From a virus (lineage: Duplodnaviria > Caudoviricetes), in the IMG/VR virus record IMGVR_UViG_3300033153_001834, positions 1 to 57,520 of that record: a stretch of DNA of 57,520 bases; one strand, written 5' to 3'. Every line of letters begins with the position of its first letter. Positions within the stretch are counted from its first letter, which is position 1. Under the pieces are notes generated by a model that saw only the letters and a program-made list of their open reading frames with translations, made no database searches and had not been told where the DNA came from. A program made the position numbers and the translations under genes. Below, piece after piece: positions 1 to 8,870 of this stretch.

Positions 1-207
1 CATTTTATCTTTCCAATTAAGTTTATTAAATTCTGCTAATTCTTCTTTATCGCAGTCACCATATATAGTTAATCTTCCTGCATCTAATACTATTTCAATT
101 ACTAAATCTTTTGGAATAGATTGTCCTCCTGAAGATTCTAGAACATCAGAGCCGATAGCTTCCCAAGTTTGGTTCATACCACGTTGAATATCGTTAAAAC
201 TTTTCAT
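1..207 (-). CDS. hypothetical protein (runs off window end)
   Basis: ATG at 207 with upstream AGGA SD and own promoter (233-261); open frame MKSFNDIQRGMNQTWEAIG... to position 1; not in ORF track. Confidence 0.7.
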   Translation of the reverse strand, partial: MKSFNDIQRGMNQTWEAIGSDVLESSGGQSIPKDLVIEIVLDAGRLTIYGDCDKEELAEFNKLNWKDKM

Positions 208-232
208 ATCGTTTCCTTTTTAAGTTAAGATA

Positions 233-261
233 AGTATAAGGAGTAATAGCCCGAATGTAAA
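233..261 (-). promoter_or_regulatory. sigma70-like promoter, leftward
   Basis: TTTACA-N17-TATACT on - strand. Confidence 0.65.
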
Positions 262-339
262 GCCCACTAAGGATTGTAGAAAGATTTGATATTCTAAACT
301 AATTTACCTATATAAAAGGAAGGAGCATAAGCTATTCGT

Positions 340-368
340 TTTACATCTTAAGCTATATGTATTATAAT
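340..368 (+). promoter_or_regulatory. sigma70-like promoter
   Basis: TTTACA-N17-TATAAT. Confidence 0.75.
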
Positions 369-393
369 ACTCTTACTAAAAGGAGAAATAAAA

Positions 394-750
394 ATGAATA
401 AATATCAAAAGTGGATAGAAGAAAATGTTATAGAAGCTTATGGTAAATGTACAGAAGTAACATTAAAAATGGTAGAAGAGTTCCCAGAGCTTACTAGAGT
501 AAGAGGGCATTTCGATTGCCCTAATCGAGGACGAAGTGAGCATTGGTGGTTAACTTTAGGCAGTGATATAATAGACCCTACTATTTCACAATTTATTAAG
601 TTTTCAGATAAACAGTACGAGCCTTGGGATGAAAGCGCACCTGAACCTACAGGAAAATGTGGTAATTGCGGAGCTTATTGCTATGACGGAAGCTATGTTT
701 GCAGTGATAGATGCGAAAAAATATTAAGAGAATATATGGAGAATATATAG
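394..750 (+). CDS. hypothetical protein, possible Cys-His-Asp (transglutaminase/papain-like) domain plus C-terminal Zn finger
   Basis: AGGAG SD; YGKC...HWW...IIDPT pattern; C-terminal CGNCG..C....VCS..C. Confidence 0.55.
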   Translation: MNKYQKWIEENVIEAYGKCTEVTLKMVEEFPELTRVRGHFDCPNRGRSEHWWLTLGSDIIDPTISQFIKFSDKQYEPWDESAPEPTGKCGNCGAYCYDGSYVCSDRCEKILREYMENI

Positions 751-956
751 TGAATATTGAAAGTATGAAAGATGGTAAGTATATATTACTTGAATTAGAA
801 GGCTGTTTTGATGAATTTGAAATAGAAGTAAAAAACGGAAACCATACTATAAATAGAAATAATTATGGTATTATAACTCCTGTCGATAATAAAGAACATA
901 GTCTATTATGTGATTTACACGAATCTGAAAACTGGGAAAAAGAAGAAGATTTGTAG
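750..956 (+). CDS. hypothetical protein
   Basis: GTG at 750 abutting previous stop; acidic ORF. Confidence 0.55.
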   Translation: MNIESMKDGKYILLELEGCFDEFEIEVKNGNHTINRNNYGIITPVDNKEHSLLCDLHESENWEKEEDL

Positions 957-957
957 C

Positions 958-986
958 TTTACTTCAAAATAAAATAAGCGTATAAT
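958..986 (+). promoter_or_regulatory. sigma70-like promoter
   Basis: TTTACT-N17-TATAAT. Confidence 0.7.
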
Positions 987-1008
987 AGATAGATTAAAAG
1001 GAAAAACG

Positions 1009-1182
1009 TTGATTAATCCTAAAGTATATATTCAAGAATTAATAGACTCTGGACTAACAAAAGAAGAAGCTTATAGTGAGCTTAAAAAAGAAATTCAAAA
1101 AAGAAAAATGATTAAGAAAAAACAAATTAAATTTCAAAATGATTTTTCAAATTCTTTTAGAACTAATTGTCAAAGGTATAGA
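1009..1182 (+). CDS. small basic hypothetical protein (57 aa)
   Basis: TTG start after AAGGA SD, just downstream of a promoter; MINPKVYIQELIDSG...CQKV; not in ORF track. Confidence 0.55.
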
Positions 1183-1184
1183 AG

Positions 1185-1523
1185 ATGAAAGAAAATAAAT
1201 TAAAGTATGGTATTTATGATGTAGAATATACAGACGTAGATATAAAAATTCCAGCGGTAGTATTAGGAAATGGAACTATTAATGTAATGGAATTAATTAA
1301 TGAAAATAATGGATTCTTTGGAGTAGGATTTGCAAATACTAAGAAAGGAGAGGTAGGAAGATCAATATTTTTAGAAGAAGACGAAATGCAATTTGAAAAT
1401 GTTGATTGTAAATTTCATATTATAAGCGATAATCCAGATTCTTTAGATGTAATTATAGGGAAATTAATAGATGTTCGTGATAAATTAATTAAATTTAATG
1501 AGAATAACGATGAATCTATATAA
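1185..1523 (+). CDS. hypothetical protein
   Basis: ORF in tightly packed operon. Confidence 0.6.
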   Translation: MKENKLKYGIYDVEYTDVDIKIPAVVLGNGTINVMELINENNGFFGVGFANTKKGEVGRSIFLEEDEMQFENVDCKFHIISDNPDSLDVIIGKLIDVRDKLIKFNENNDESI

Positions 1524-2106
1524 AATTTTAGGTGTAGCAAAAGATGCTACAAAACAAGAAATTAGAAAGGTTTATAAGCTAAAGGCTAATAAAATGCATC
1601 CAGATAAAGAAAATGGAGATGAAGAAAGTTTTAAGCAATTAAAGCATGCTTATGAAGTTCTATTCGATGACGAAAGAAGAAAGCGTTATGATACCACTGG
1701 AAGTGATAGTAAAGTTCCTGACATAAATCAAGAAGCAAGAAGTCAATTAATTGCTATTTTTACTTTTATGGTAGAAAATGAAAAGAAAGGTGATATAATT
1801 AAACTATCTAAAGATCATATTGAATCACAAACTTTACTAGCAGAAAATCAAAAAGAGCTTGAAGAAAAGAAATTAAAAGTATTTGAGAAAAAGATTGGTA
1901 GAGTAACAAGTAAAGGCGAAATGAATCTTTTTGAAGATGTAATTAATCAACAAATTTCTAATTGTAAAGCTAAAATAGTTCAAGCAGAACATTTTCTTAG
2001 TGTTAGTAAACTTATTATAAAGTTATTAAATGACTATGAAGATAATAAACCAGAAAAAGTTATAACGGATGATATATTTACAAACCAATTCTTTATTCAA
2101 AGATAA
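1510..2106 (+). CDS. J-domain (DnaJ-like) co-chaperone with C-terminal coiled coil
   Basis: LYKILGV...HPDK...FKQLKHAYEVL.D..RRK.YD J-domain with HPD motif. Confidence 0.9.
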   Translation: MNLYKILGVAKDATKQEIRKVYKLKANKMHPDKENGDEESFKQLKHAYEVLFDDERRKRYDTTGSDSKVPDINQEARSQLIAIFTFMVENEKKGDIIKLSKDHIESQTLLAENQKELEEKKLKVFEKKIGRVTSKGEMNLFEDVINQQISNCKAKIVQAEHFLSVSKLIIKLLNDYEDNKPEKVITDDIFTNQFFIQR

Positions 2107-2112
2107 AAGATA

Positions 2113-2141
2113 TTTACATTAACTATAATATTAGCTATAAT
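2113..2141 (+). promoter_or_regulatory. sigma70-like promoter
   Basis: TTTACA-N17-TATAAT. Confidence 0.7.
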
Positions 2142-2165
2142 ATATATAGTTAAAAAGGAAATTAA

Positions 2166-3434
2166 ATGAAAGATATAAAACTCCATATTACTCAAGAAGA
2201 ATCACTTTATTTTTTAGTAGATTCTGTCGAGTCTAATAAACCAATAGTAGCTCTTATTGGAGCCGGAGGTACTGGTAAATCTGAAATATTATCACGCTTT
2301 AAGCCATTATATAAATCTTATGAAAATAATGATAAGAAGATTTTTTATACTGCTACGACTAATAAAGCAGTATCTCGGTTAAAAGCTGATATACCAGGAG
2401 CTACTACTTTACACTCTGCGGTAAGTATGCCTAAATATACACCGTTATATGAGAACCTAGAAGATTATTTTGAAAAAATGCCTTCTGATCCAGAACGTAA
2501 AGTACGTTATAAGAAAAATTACTTATTTCGTTCTGATACATTAGAATTCTTACAAGATAATAGAATTGAGATTAAAAAGTTTGATTCTCATTTAGATATT
2601 ATATTTAGTTTAGGTTTATCCGTTTTTGATAAACCTTTCTTTGATAGATATATTGTTAAAGATAGAATTATTAATTCGGTAGTGCTAATTGATGAAGCCT
2701 CTATGCTTTCAACCAAAAGCGAATATAAAGTTGGTTCTTTAGTTACTATTGGTGTAGATACCGCATCTATGGTATTTGATAATATTATTCTTGTTGGAGA
2801 TAGTTCTCAACTCCCACCTATAAATGGAAAATCCTCTTTCGATAGTGTAGAATCTTACGAATTAACAAAAAACTTTCGTTCAGAAAAAGATTTACTTCAC
2901 GCTATTCAATGGGCTAGAGATGGAAAAAGCTTTTATAACTATGTACCAGAAGAAGAAGATACTAATGTTAGAGTGGTTAATAATATATCTAAGCAATGGT
3001 ATATTAATACATATGGCCAAGATAACGTAGTCCATATTTGTTATACGAATAAAACCCGTCATCTTATTACAAAAAGAGTTCGTGAGGAAAGAAAAGGTAG
3101 ACCAGAAATAGGCGAACCAATTATTCTTAGAGGGAATTCTGTAAATGGAGTCTCTAAAGGTGAAATAGGAATTTATGATGGAGAATATATAGTATTTGAA
3201 TCTGGTAAAATATTGCTAAGAAAATATCATAATTTTGATGAATATGAAAAAGAAAAATGGTCTATTTTTCAGTTCGCTTATGCTTCTACTGCTCATATGT
3301 ATCAAGGAAGTGCGGCTGATCACGTAATTATTCACTTATATGATATTCCTACTTTTATAGATATAGAAACAAGAAGAAAATGGATTTATACCGCTGTTTC
3401 AAGAGCTAGAAAATCAATCACTATTATATTATAG
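2166..3434 (+). CDS. SF1B (Dda/RecD-like) DNA helicase
   Basis: GAGGTGKS Walker A, TATTNKA, IDEASM Walker B, VGDSSQLPP, AYASTAHMYQGS, YTAVSRA. Confidence 0.88.
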   Translation: MKDIKLHITQEESLYFLVDSVESNKPIVALIGAGGTGKSEILSRFKPLYKSYENNDKKIFYTATTNKAVSRLKADIPGATTLHSAVSMPKYTPLYENLEDYFEKMPSDPERKVRYKKNYLFRSDTLEFLQDNRIEIKKFDSHLDIIFSLGLSVFDKPFFDRYIVKDRIINSVVLIDEASMLSTKSEYKVGSLVTIGVDTASMVFDNIILVGDSSQLPPINGKSSFDSVESYELTKNFRSEKDLLHAIQWARDGKSFYNYVPEEEDTNVRVVNNISKQWYINTYGQDNVVHICYTNKTRHLITKRVREERKGRPEIGEPIILRGNSVNGVSKGEIGIYDGEYIVFESGKILLRKYHNFDEYEKEKWSIFQFAYASTAHMYQGSAADHVIIHLYDIPTFIDIETRRKWIYTAVSRARKSITIIL

Positions 3435-3442
3435 GGATAAAA

Positions 3443-3787
3443 ATGAATATTAATCTTTTTGAAATAATGAATGAAGTTAAAAAGAAAGTAGGTAAAGATA
3501 GTGCAGCAATACAATTCTATGAATCACGTGGAGTTAATTATATTTTACTTTCTACTTACTATAAAGAAACAAAGCTAAGCAGTGAATTTAAAGTAGAAGA
3601 AGATATGCCAAAAGAATATATAGATTATTTAGTTAAAAACTCTATTAATGAATTAAATGCATTAAGAAAGAAAGTTTATTCAGAAGATTGTCCACATTGT
3701 AATAGTAAAGGAACAGTTTGGTTTGCAGGGATTGGCGGAGGAATTAAATGCCATAATAAAGGTTGTAATTATTGGTTTTGCTATTAG
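3443..3787 (+). CDS. hypothetical protein with C-terminal Zn ribbon
   Basis: CPHC...KCHNKGC motif. Confidence 0.6.
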   Translation: MNINLFEIMNEVKKKVGKDSAAIQFYESRGVNYILLSTYYKETKLSSEFKVEEDMPKEYIDYLVKNSINELNALRKKVYSEDCPHCNSKGTVWFAGIGGGIKCHNKGCNYWFCY

Positions 3788-3796
3788 GAAAATAAA

Positions 3797-3988
3797 ATGG
3801 AAAAGAGATATTGGCAAGATTCTCATATTACTAAAAAAGATGGTAAGTATAAGGCTTGGGACGAAACAGGAGTTGATACTATCGGAGATTTTGATACGAG
3901 AGAAAAAGCAAGAGAAGCTTTATCTCAATATTCATTACAACTAGATGGAAACTATAGCGATAATGGGACAAAAAGAAAATACTACTAA
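3797..3988 (+). CDS. hypothetical protein
   Basis: AGGA SD, packed ORF. Confidence 0.55.
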   Translation: MEKRYWQDSHITKKDGKYKAWDETGVDTIGDFDTREKAREALSQYSLQLDGNYSDNGTKRKYY

Positions 3989-4211
3989 AGAAGCTATAAG
4001 AAAGTATGAAGTAGTTTCAGAATGTATACAATATATTATGAATAATTCTATTAATAATTCTGACGCTAGGCAAATACTAGATCAATTATTAGATGCTTGC
4101 GTTTATAACTTAATAGCTATTGGAGCAGATAAAGAAGAGACAGCTTTAAAACTAAATAATATTTCTATTAAAATGAAAAATTCAATTATAAAAGACGTTA
4201 TGGGGCACTAA
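3945..4211 (+). CDS. hypothetical protein
   Basis: packed ORF; start uncertain. Confidence 0.5.
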   Translation: METIAIMGQKENTTKEAIRKYEVVSECIQYIMNNSINNSDARQILDQLLDACVYNLIAIGADKEETALKLNNISIKMKNSIIKDVMGH

Positions 4212-4469
4212 ATGAAAGTAGTTAATTTTATACCAGTAGGAAATCAAGTTTGTCAAAATACAATTGAAACTTTAGAGCTAATGCTTAAAGAGGCAAAAGA
4301 AGGAAAGCTTCAATCTTTTATTGGTATTACTTTATATAATAATATGGATATGGAACACGTTAAAGCTGGTGCGGTTTATGATAATTATATTTCCTTTATG
4401 GGAATGTTATCAGATTTTCAAATTGATTTTAAAGATGATTATGAGGAAAATAGTAAATGGAAACGATAG
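4212..4469 (+). CDS. hypothetical protein
   Basis: packed ORF. Confidence 0.55.
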   Translation: MKVVNFIPVGNQVCQNTIETLELMLKEAKEGKLQSFIGITLYNNMDMEHVKAGAVYDNYISFMGMLSDFQIDFKDDYEENSKWKR

Positions 4470-5467
4470 TTACACAATTAGAAGAATATAATAAAGCATA
4501 TAGAGCAGGAAACCCTATAGTTCCTAATGAAGTATACGATGCTTTATTAGAAGAATTACCAGAAGACCATCCTTATAGGAATCAAGTTGAGCCTGAAGAA
4601 TTATATAAAGGAAGGATTAAGCATAGTAAACCTATGCTATCTATGCAAAAGGCAAAAACAAAAGAAGATATAGAAAAATGGATTAATACTATATTAGATA
4701 GCGGTTTTAAATTTAAGAGTAAAATGATTCTTATTAAATGTACCGCTAAATTAGATGGTATTGCTGGAAAAAAAGAAGATGGTACTTTAGTTACTCGTGG
4801 TGATGGTCAGTATGGTAATGATGTAACGAGTTCGTTTGATAAAGGGTTATTAGTTTTAGTAAAAGAAATTAATAATGCCGAATTAGGTGAATTTGTAATT
4901 CGCTTAGATTATTTTCAAGAAAAACTTTCTAAAGATTTTTCTCATCCTCGGAACTTCGTATCTGGTGCAATTATGGCAGATACGGTAAGCGATATAACGA
5001 ATAAGGCTTTTGAAGAAGAACAAGTAGTATTTCAAAGCTACTCACTCTTACCAAAAAAAGTTATACCTATAATAGACCTATTAAAAAACTTTAGAGAGCT
5101 TGAGGAGGCTATATCTAAATCTGTTAATTACGCTATAGATGGTGTTATCTTTGAAGTAATAAATCCATCTATAAGAAGAATTATGGGAGAGACAGATCAT
5201 CATCCTAATTGGGCAATAGCATTAAAACCAAAAGATAAAGTATATATATCAACTATATTAGAAATTAAATGGCAAACTGGTAGAACTGGTAAAGTTACTC
5301 CTGTAGTAATAATAGAAACTACTTTAATTGACGGTGTAGAAGTAAGAAGGGCTACTGCTCATAATGCTAAAATGGTAGAAACTATGGGTTTACATGTAGG
5401 TGCTAAAATTGAGTTAATTAGAAGTGGAAGTGTTATACCTTATATAGTTAGAGTTGTAGGAGAATAA
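4457..5467 (+). CDS. ligA: NAD-dependent DNA ligase, N-terminal subunit (Ia, adenylation and OB domains)
   Basis: Y...Y..G.P......YD domain Ia, PMLSM, KLDG, TRGDG, PRNFVSG, DGVIF, QTGRTGKVTP, RATAHN, RSGSVIP; ends after OB fold. Confidence 0.9.
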   Translation: METIVTQLEEYNKAYRAGNPIVPNEVYDALLEELPEDHPYRNQVEPEELYKGRIKHSKPMLSMQKAKTKEDIEKWINTILDSGFKFKSKMILIKCTAKLDGIAGKKEDGTLVTRGDGQYGNDVTSSFDKGLLVLVKEINNAELGEFVIRLDYFQEKLSKDFSHPRNFVSGAIMADTVSDITNKAFEEEQVVFQSYSLLPKKVIPIIDLLKNFRELEEAISKSVNYAIDGVIFEVINPSIRRIMGETDHHPNWAIALKPKDKVYISTILEIKWQTGRTGKVTPVVIIETTLIDGVEVRRATAHNAKMVETMGLHVGAKIELIRSGSVIPYIVRVVGE

Positions 5468-5468
5468 T

Positions 5469-5921
5469 ATGGGATGCGCAAGATTATCATATGTACCAAG
5501 AAATAAAAGAAAAGATGAAATTAAAAACTATGAATATGTAGAAATGCAAAGTGTTACCGATAGAAAAAAAGCATCAAAACAAGGTAATACTGGTTATGAG
5601 TTTGAAATTAATTATGGAAGACATTTTGGTTTCTATAGCCCTAACCAAATATCAAAATTTGAAGAATGTAGTGTATCTAGTAGAGTTATAGCTCAAAGAT
5701 TAACAAGACTTCAACGAAAAGAAGGGTTATTTTTAACTATTGAAGAAGCTATAAAAGCTCCTATTGATATAAGAGTAAAGAAAAATAATAATGACTTATT
5801 AAAAGAAAGAACATTAGTTAAGCAAACAGATATGGAATGGTTTAATGAAAATATTAAACTTATGAATATCGGTTCTCTACATAATAAAAGTTTAATAATA
5901 CAAAGTAGGAGTTTTATATAA
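5469..5921 (+). CDS. hypothetical basic protein, possibly DNA-binding
   Basis: packed ORF; QRL.R.....TIEEAI..P segment resembles phage DNA-binding repeats. Confidence 0.5.
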   Translation: MGCARLSYVPRNKRKDEIKNYEYVEMQSVTDRKKASKQGNTGYEFEINYGRHFGFYSPNQISKFEECSVSSRVIAQRLTRLQRKEGLFLTIEEAIKAPIDIRVKKNNNDLLKERTLVKQTDMEWFNENIKLMNIGSLHNKSLIIQSRSFI

Positions 5922-6778
5922 TGGTAAAGACTGGTGAAGAGCAATATCTTGATTTATGTAATCGAATTTTAAACGAAGGCACGATGATTAAAAATAAGCG
6001 TACTGGTAAAGGTTGCTTAACAGTTATTAATGCTGATTTTGAATACGATGCTAGTGATAATAGCTTTCCTTTAGTGACAACTAGAAAAGCGTATTGGAAA
6101 CAAGCGATAGCAGAAATACTAGGCTATTTATGTGGATATAATAACGCTCAACAATTCGCAGATATCGGTTGTAATTCCTGGTTTGCTAATGCTAATGAGA
6201 ATAAAGAATGGTTAAAAAATCCTATGCGTAGAGGTAAAAATGACTTAGGGGGTGGTTTTTCTTATGCTCAAGGAAGAAATTGGGATCAAACTAATATTGA
6301 TCAATATAAAAATATAGTTGATAAATTATCTCAAGGTATTGATGATAGACGATTAATTATGACTTTTAATAATCCAGGGTCGGCACACGCTTCAGCATTA
6401 CCAGCTTGTATGCATACTCATCATTTTTCTATACTTAATGATACTCTCTATCTAACAAGTTATCAACGTTCTATCGATGTACCATTAGGACTTGTTTTTA
6501 ATATGGGTCAAGTCGTATGGTTATTAAGAATTACTGCTCAAATTACAGGATTAAAACCTGGAATAGCTTATCATAAATTAGTTAATTGTCATCTATATGA
6601 TGATCAAATTGAATTAATGAAAGAGCAAGTTCAACGTAAACCTTTTACTCCACCTTATTTACATATTAATCCTGAGATTAGAACTCTTAAAGATTTAGAA
6701 ACCTGGGTTACTATGGATTGTTTTAGTTTAACAGGATATAAACATCACGAGCCTATTAAGTATCCATTCGCAGTATAA
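5921..6778 (+). CDS. thyA: thymidylate synthase ThyA (Vibrio/Shewanella/Pasteurellaceae-like)
   Basis: RTG..CLTVINAD, FPLVTTRK, LPACM catalytic Cys, YQRSID.PLG..FN with dUMP-specifying Asn, HLY, YPFAV end. Confidence 0.95.
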   Translation: MVKTGEEQYLDLCNRILNEGTMIKNKRTGKGCLTVINADFEYDASDNSFPLVTTRKAYWKQAIAEILGYLCGYNNAQQFADIGCNSWFANANENKEWLKNPMRRGKNDLGGGFSYAQGRNWDQTNIDQYKNIVDKLSQGIDDRRLIMTFNNPGSAHASALPACMHTHHFSILNDTLYLTSYQRSIDVPLGLVFNMGQVVWLLRITAQITGLKPGIAYHKLVNCHLYDDQIELMKEQVQRKPFTPPYLHINPEIRTLKDLETWVTMDCFSLTGYKHHEPIKYPFAV

Positions 6779-6900
6779 TGAATATTATTAAATTACTATT
6801 TGAAATGGCTATATTATTTTCTATAGGCATTTTAGAAAGTATAATCAAAATCTTTAAACCAAAAATTTATATTGAATGGTTTATGGATAAATTCGATTGA
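6778..6900 (+). CDS. small hydrophobic hypothetical protein (40 aa)
   Basis: ATG overlapping thyA stop; fills gap to next gene. Confidence 0.4.
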   Translation: MNIIKLLFEMAILFSIGILESIIKIFKPKIYIEWFMDKFD

Positions 6901-6909
6901 GGATAAAAA

Positions 6910-7707
6910 ATGAGCGTATTTCCAACAACCTGCATGAATTGCGGAAGTAAATTAGAATGGTCTAAGACAGGAGTAGATTTATATTGCCATAATATAAATT
7001 GCTCTGCTAAAAACGGTAGACAATTAACACATTTTTTTGGAATGTTAAATAACCTAGATGGCTTTGGACCAAAGACTATTGAAATATTAATAGAAAATGG
7101 ATATGATACTATTCCTAAGATATATGAAATGAAATGGAATGATTTTAAGATGTGTGGATTTGGAGATAAAACTTCAATAAATCTTGGTAGCGAGTTAGAG
7201 CTATCATTAGAAAGACCATTACCAGATTATCGTTTTATATCAGCATTAGGGATTCCTGATTTAGGATTAGGTGGAGCAAAGAAACTATTAGAGCATTTTT
7301 GCTGGGAAGATATATTATTTGAAATATCTTTATATGATTTTTTATCTATAGATGGTTTTGGTCAAAATAAGTCTAGCTCTATTCATAATTACTGTAGAGA
7401 AAATCGTAAATTATTATTAGAAATATCAGACCTTAGTTTTAATATTACACACGAAAAATTAATAGTAGTAGAGTCAGCTTTTACAGGAAAGCGTATATGT
7501 TTTACTGGTAAAATGGCTAGTAATAGGTCTGCAATGGAAGGGTTTGCTAGGGGGATAGGGGCTACTATTACAGGAGTAAATTCTAAAACTAATGTATTAG
7601 TTTATGGAGAAAAAGTAGGTGCTAATAAAATGAATGCTGCTAAAAAGTTTAATGTAGAAATTATGACTGAAAAAGAATTTATTGTATTAACGGGCTTTAC
7701 TTCATAG
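6910..7707 (+). CDS. NAD-dependent DNA ligase, C-terminal subunit (Zn finger, HhH, BRCT)
   Basis: CMNC...C.N..C Zn finger, DGFGPKTI/GFGDKT/ALGIPDLG/IDGFG HhH repeats, GKRICFTG...K...AKK BRCT; own GAGGA SD. Confidence 0.9.
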   Translation: MSVFPTTCMNCGSKLEWSKTGVDLYCHNINCSAKNGRQLTHFFGMLNNLDGFGPKTIEILIENGYDTIPKIYEMKWNDFKMCGFGDKTSINLGSELELSLERPLPDYRFISALGIPDLGLGGAKKLLEHFCWEDILFEISLYDFLSIDGFGQNKSSSIHNYCRENRKLLLEISDLSFNITHEKLIVVESAFTGKRICFTGKMASNRSAMEGFARGIGATITGVNSKTNVLVYGEKVGANKMNAAKKFNVEIMTEKEFIVLTGFTS

Positions 7708-7724
7708 ATATAGTATAGTATAAT
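7696..7724 (+). promoter_or_regulatory. sigma70-like promoter
   Basis: TTTACT-N17-TATAAT. Confidence 0.7.
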
Positions 7725-7748
7725 AGTATTTTATTTAAAGAGAATCAT

Positions 7749-7883
7749 ATGGATTATTTTCTAATTGCTTTATTTTCATTTTCATTAGGAATTGGAATTG
7801 GTTTACTTATGATGTTCATTAATACTAGAAGTATATCAATAAAACTTCATGAATGTGTAAAAGATATAAAGGATAACAAATGA
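7749..7883 (+). CDS. small membrane protein (44 aa)
   Basis: MDYFLIALFSFSLGIGIGLLMMFIN hydrophobic helix; stop overlaps next ATG. Confidence 0.55.
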   Translation: MDYFLIALFSFSLGIGIGLLMMFINTRSISIKLHECVKDIKDNK

Positions 7884-8188
7884 AAGATGCCCCTCAGTAT
7901 TTAGAAGAAGCAAAAAATCTTATGATAGAACGTGGTAAGATTTATGATAATAGTGATAAAGAACGTAGTATGGAAGCTACAGTAAACGCTTTTAATGCAA
8001 TTACAGGAAAAAACTTATCCGAATCAGAAGGATGGGAATTTATGCTTATACTAAAGCAAGTAAGACAATTTAAAAATCTAAAATTTCACCAAGATTCTGC
8101 CGAAGATAGTGTAGCATACTCTGCTCTTTTAGCTGAAAGTCTTGAAAAAGAATCTAATCAATTAGTAGTAACTATTACTACGGAGTAA
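7880..8188 (+). CDS. DUF6378-like all-helical phage nucleotide-metabolism-associated protein
   Basis: ERG..YD...M.ILK..R....H.DS..D..AY.AL pattern. Confidence 0.65.
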   Translation: MKDAPQYLEEAKNLMIERGKIYDNSDKERSMEATVNAFNAITGKNLSESEGWEFMLILKQVRQFKNLKFHQDSAEDSVAYSALLAESLEKESNQLVVTITTE

Positions 8189-8195
8189 TTTTGCA

Positions 8196-8423
8196 ATGAG
8201 ATTAAAAAAGGCAATTAGAATTGCAAAAGATTGTGGATTAACTACTTTTTCAGAAGTTAAAAGAAATATTGAAATTCATGCTATGAATCTTTTTGAATGG
8301 AGTAAAGTAGAGGAAGAGTTAGCCGAACTTCAATTAGATTTAGAAAAGTTAGCAAAAGACTTTGGTGTAGAATTAGATGAATTGCTAACTTGGAAAATAA
8401 AGGAAATAGAAAATGACATCTGA
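8196..8423 (+). CDS. hypothetical protein
   Basis: packed ORF. Confidence 0.55.
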   Translation: MRLKKAIRIAKDCGLTTFSEVKRNIEIHAMNLFEWSKVEEELAELQLDLEKLAKDFGVELDELLTWKIKEIENDI

Positions 8424-8598
8424 AAAAGATATGTTTTCATTTTTAACAAACCTAAGAGATTCTGGTAAAATAAATATGCTAGGCGCAATTCCATTTTTAA
8501 TAGACGAGTTTAATATTGAAAGAGAAGAGGCTAGTCAAGTATTTGGCAATTGGCAAGTTTCATTATCAAAACCATACTGCGAGGATTGTGAATCATGA
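8413..8598 (+). CDS. hypothetical protein
   Basis: FL..LRDSG..NM.GA.P.L..EF pattern typical of small phage proteins. Confidence 0.6.
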   Translation: MTSEKDMFSFLTNLRDSGKINMLGAIPFLIDEFNIEREEASQVFGNWQVSLSKPYCEDCES

Positions 8599-8825
8599 AA
8601 AATTTATTATTTGGTTTATTATTAATGCCTTTAATTACATTCTCTCACGAATATGAATATACAGATAGTCGTGGAAGAGTAGTAGAACGCTATTTAGTCA
8701 AAGATGATATTATTAAAATTAAAGATAATCGTGGAAGAACAACAGGGTATATTAAAGACGAAAATTTATATAATAATCGTGGAAGAAAACAAGGTACTTT
8801 TATTAAAAAAAACGATTTACTTTAG
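8595..8825 (+). CDS. small exported protein with three (D/N)xRGR repeats
   Basis: signal-peptide-like MKNLLFGLLLMPLITFS; DSRGR, DNRGR, NNRGR. Confidence 0.6.
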   Translation: MKNLLFGLLLMPLITFSHEYEYTDSRGRVVERYLVKDDIIKIKDNRGRTTGYIKDENLYNNRGRKQGTFIKKNDLL

Positions 8826-8844
8826 GGAATACCTATAGTATAAT
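8816..8844 (+). promoter_or_regulatory. sigma70-like promoter for recombination operon
   Basis: TTTACT-N17-TATAAT. Confidence 0.7.
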
Positions 8845-8870
8845 AGATAAAAATAAGTCAGGAGATAAAG

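Noticed and set aside
5468-6909. Self-splicing intron or intein interrupting ligA
   Set aside because: The interval is filled by coupled ORFs including thyA, both ligase halves have their own start and stop, and no intron core or intein motifs are visible.
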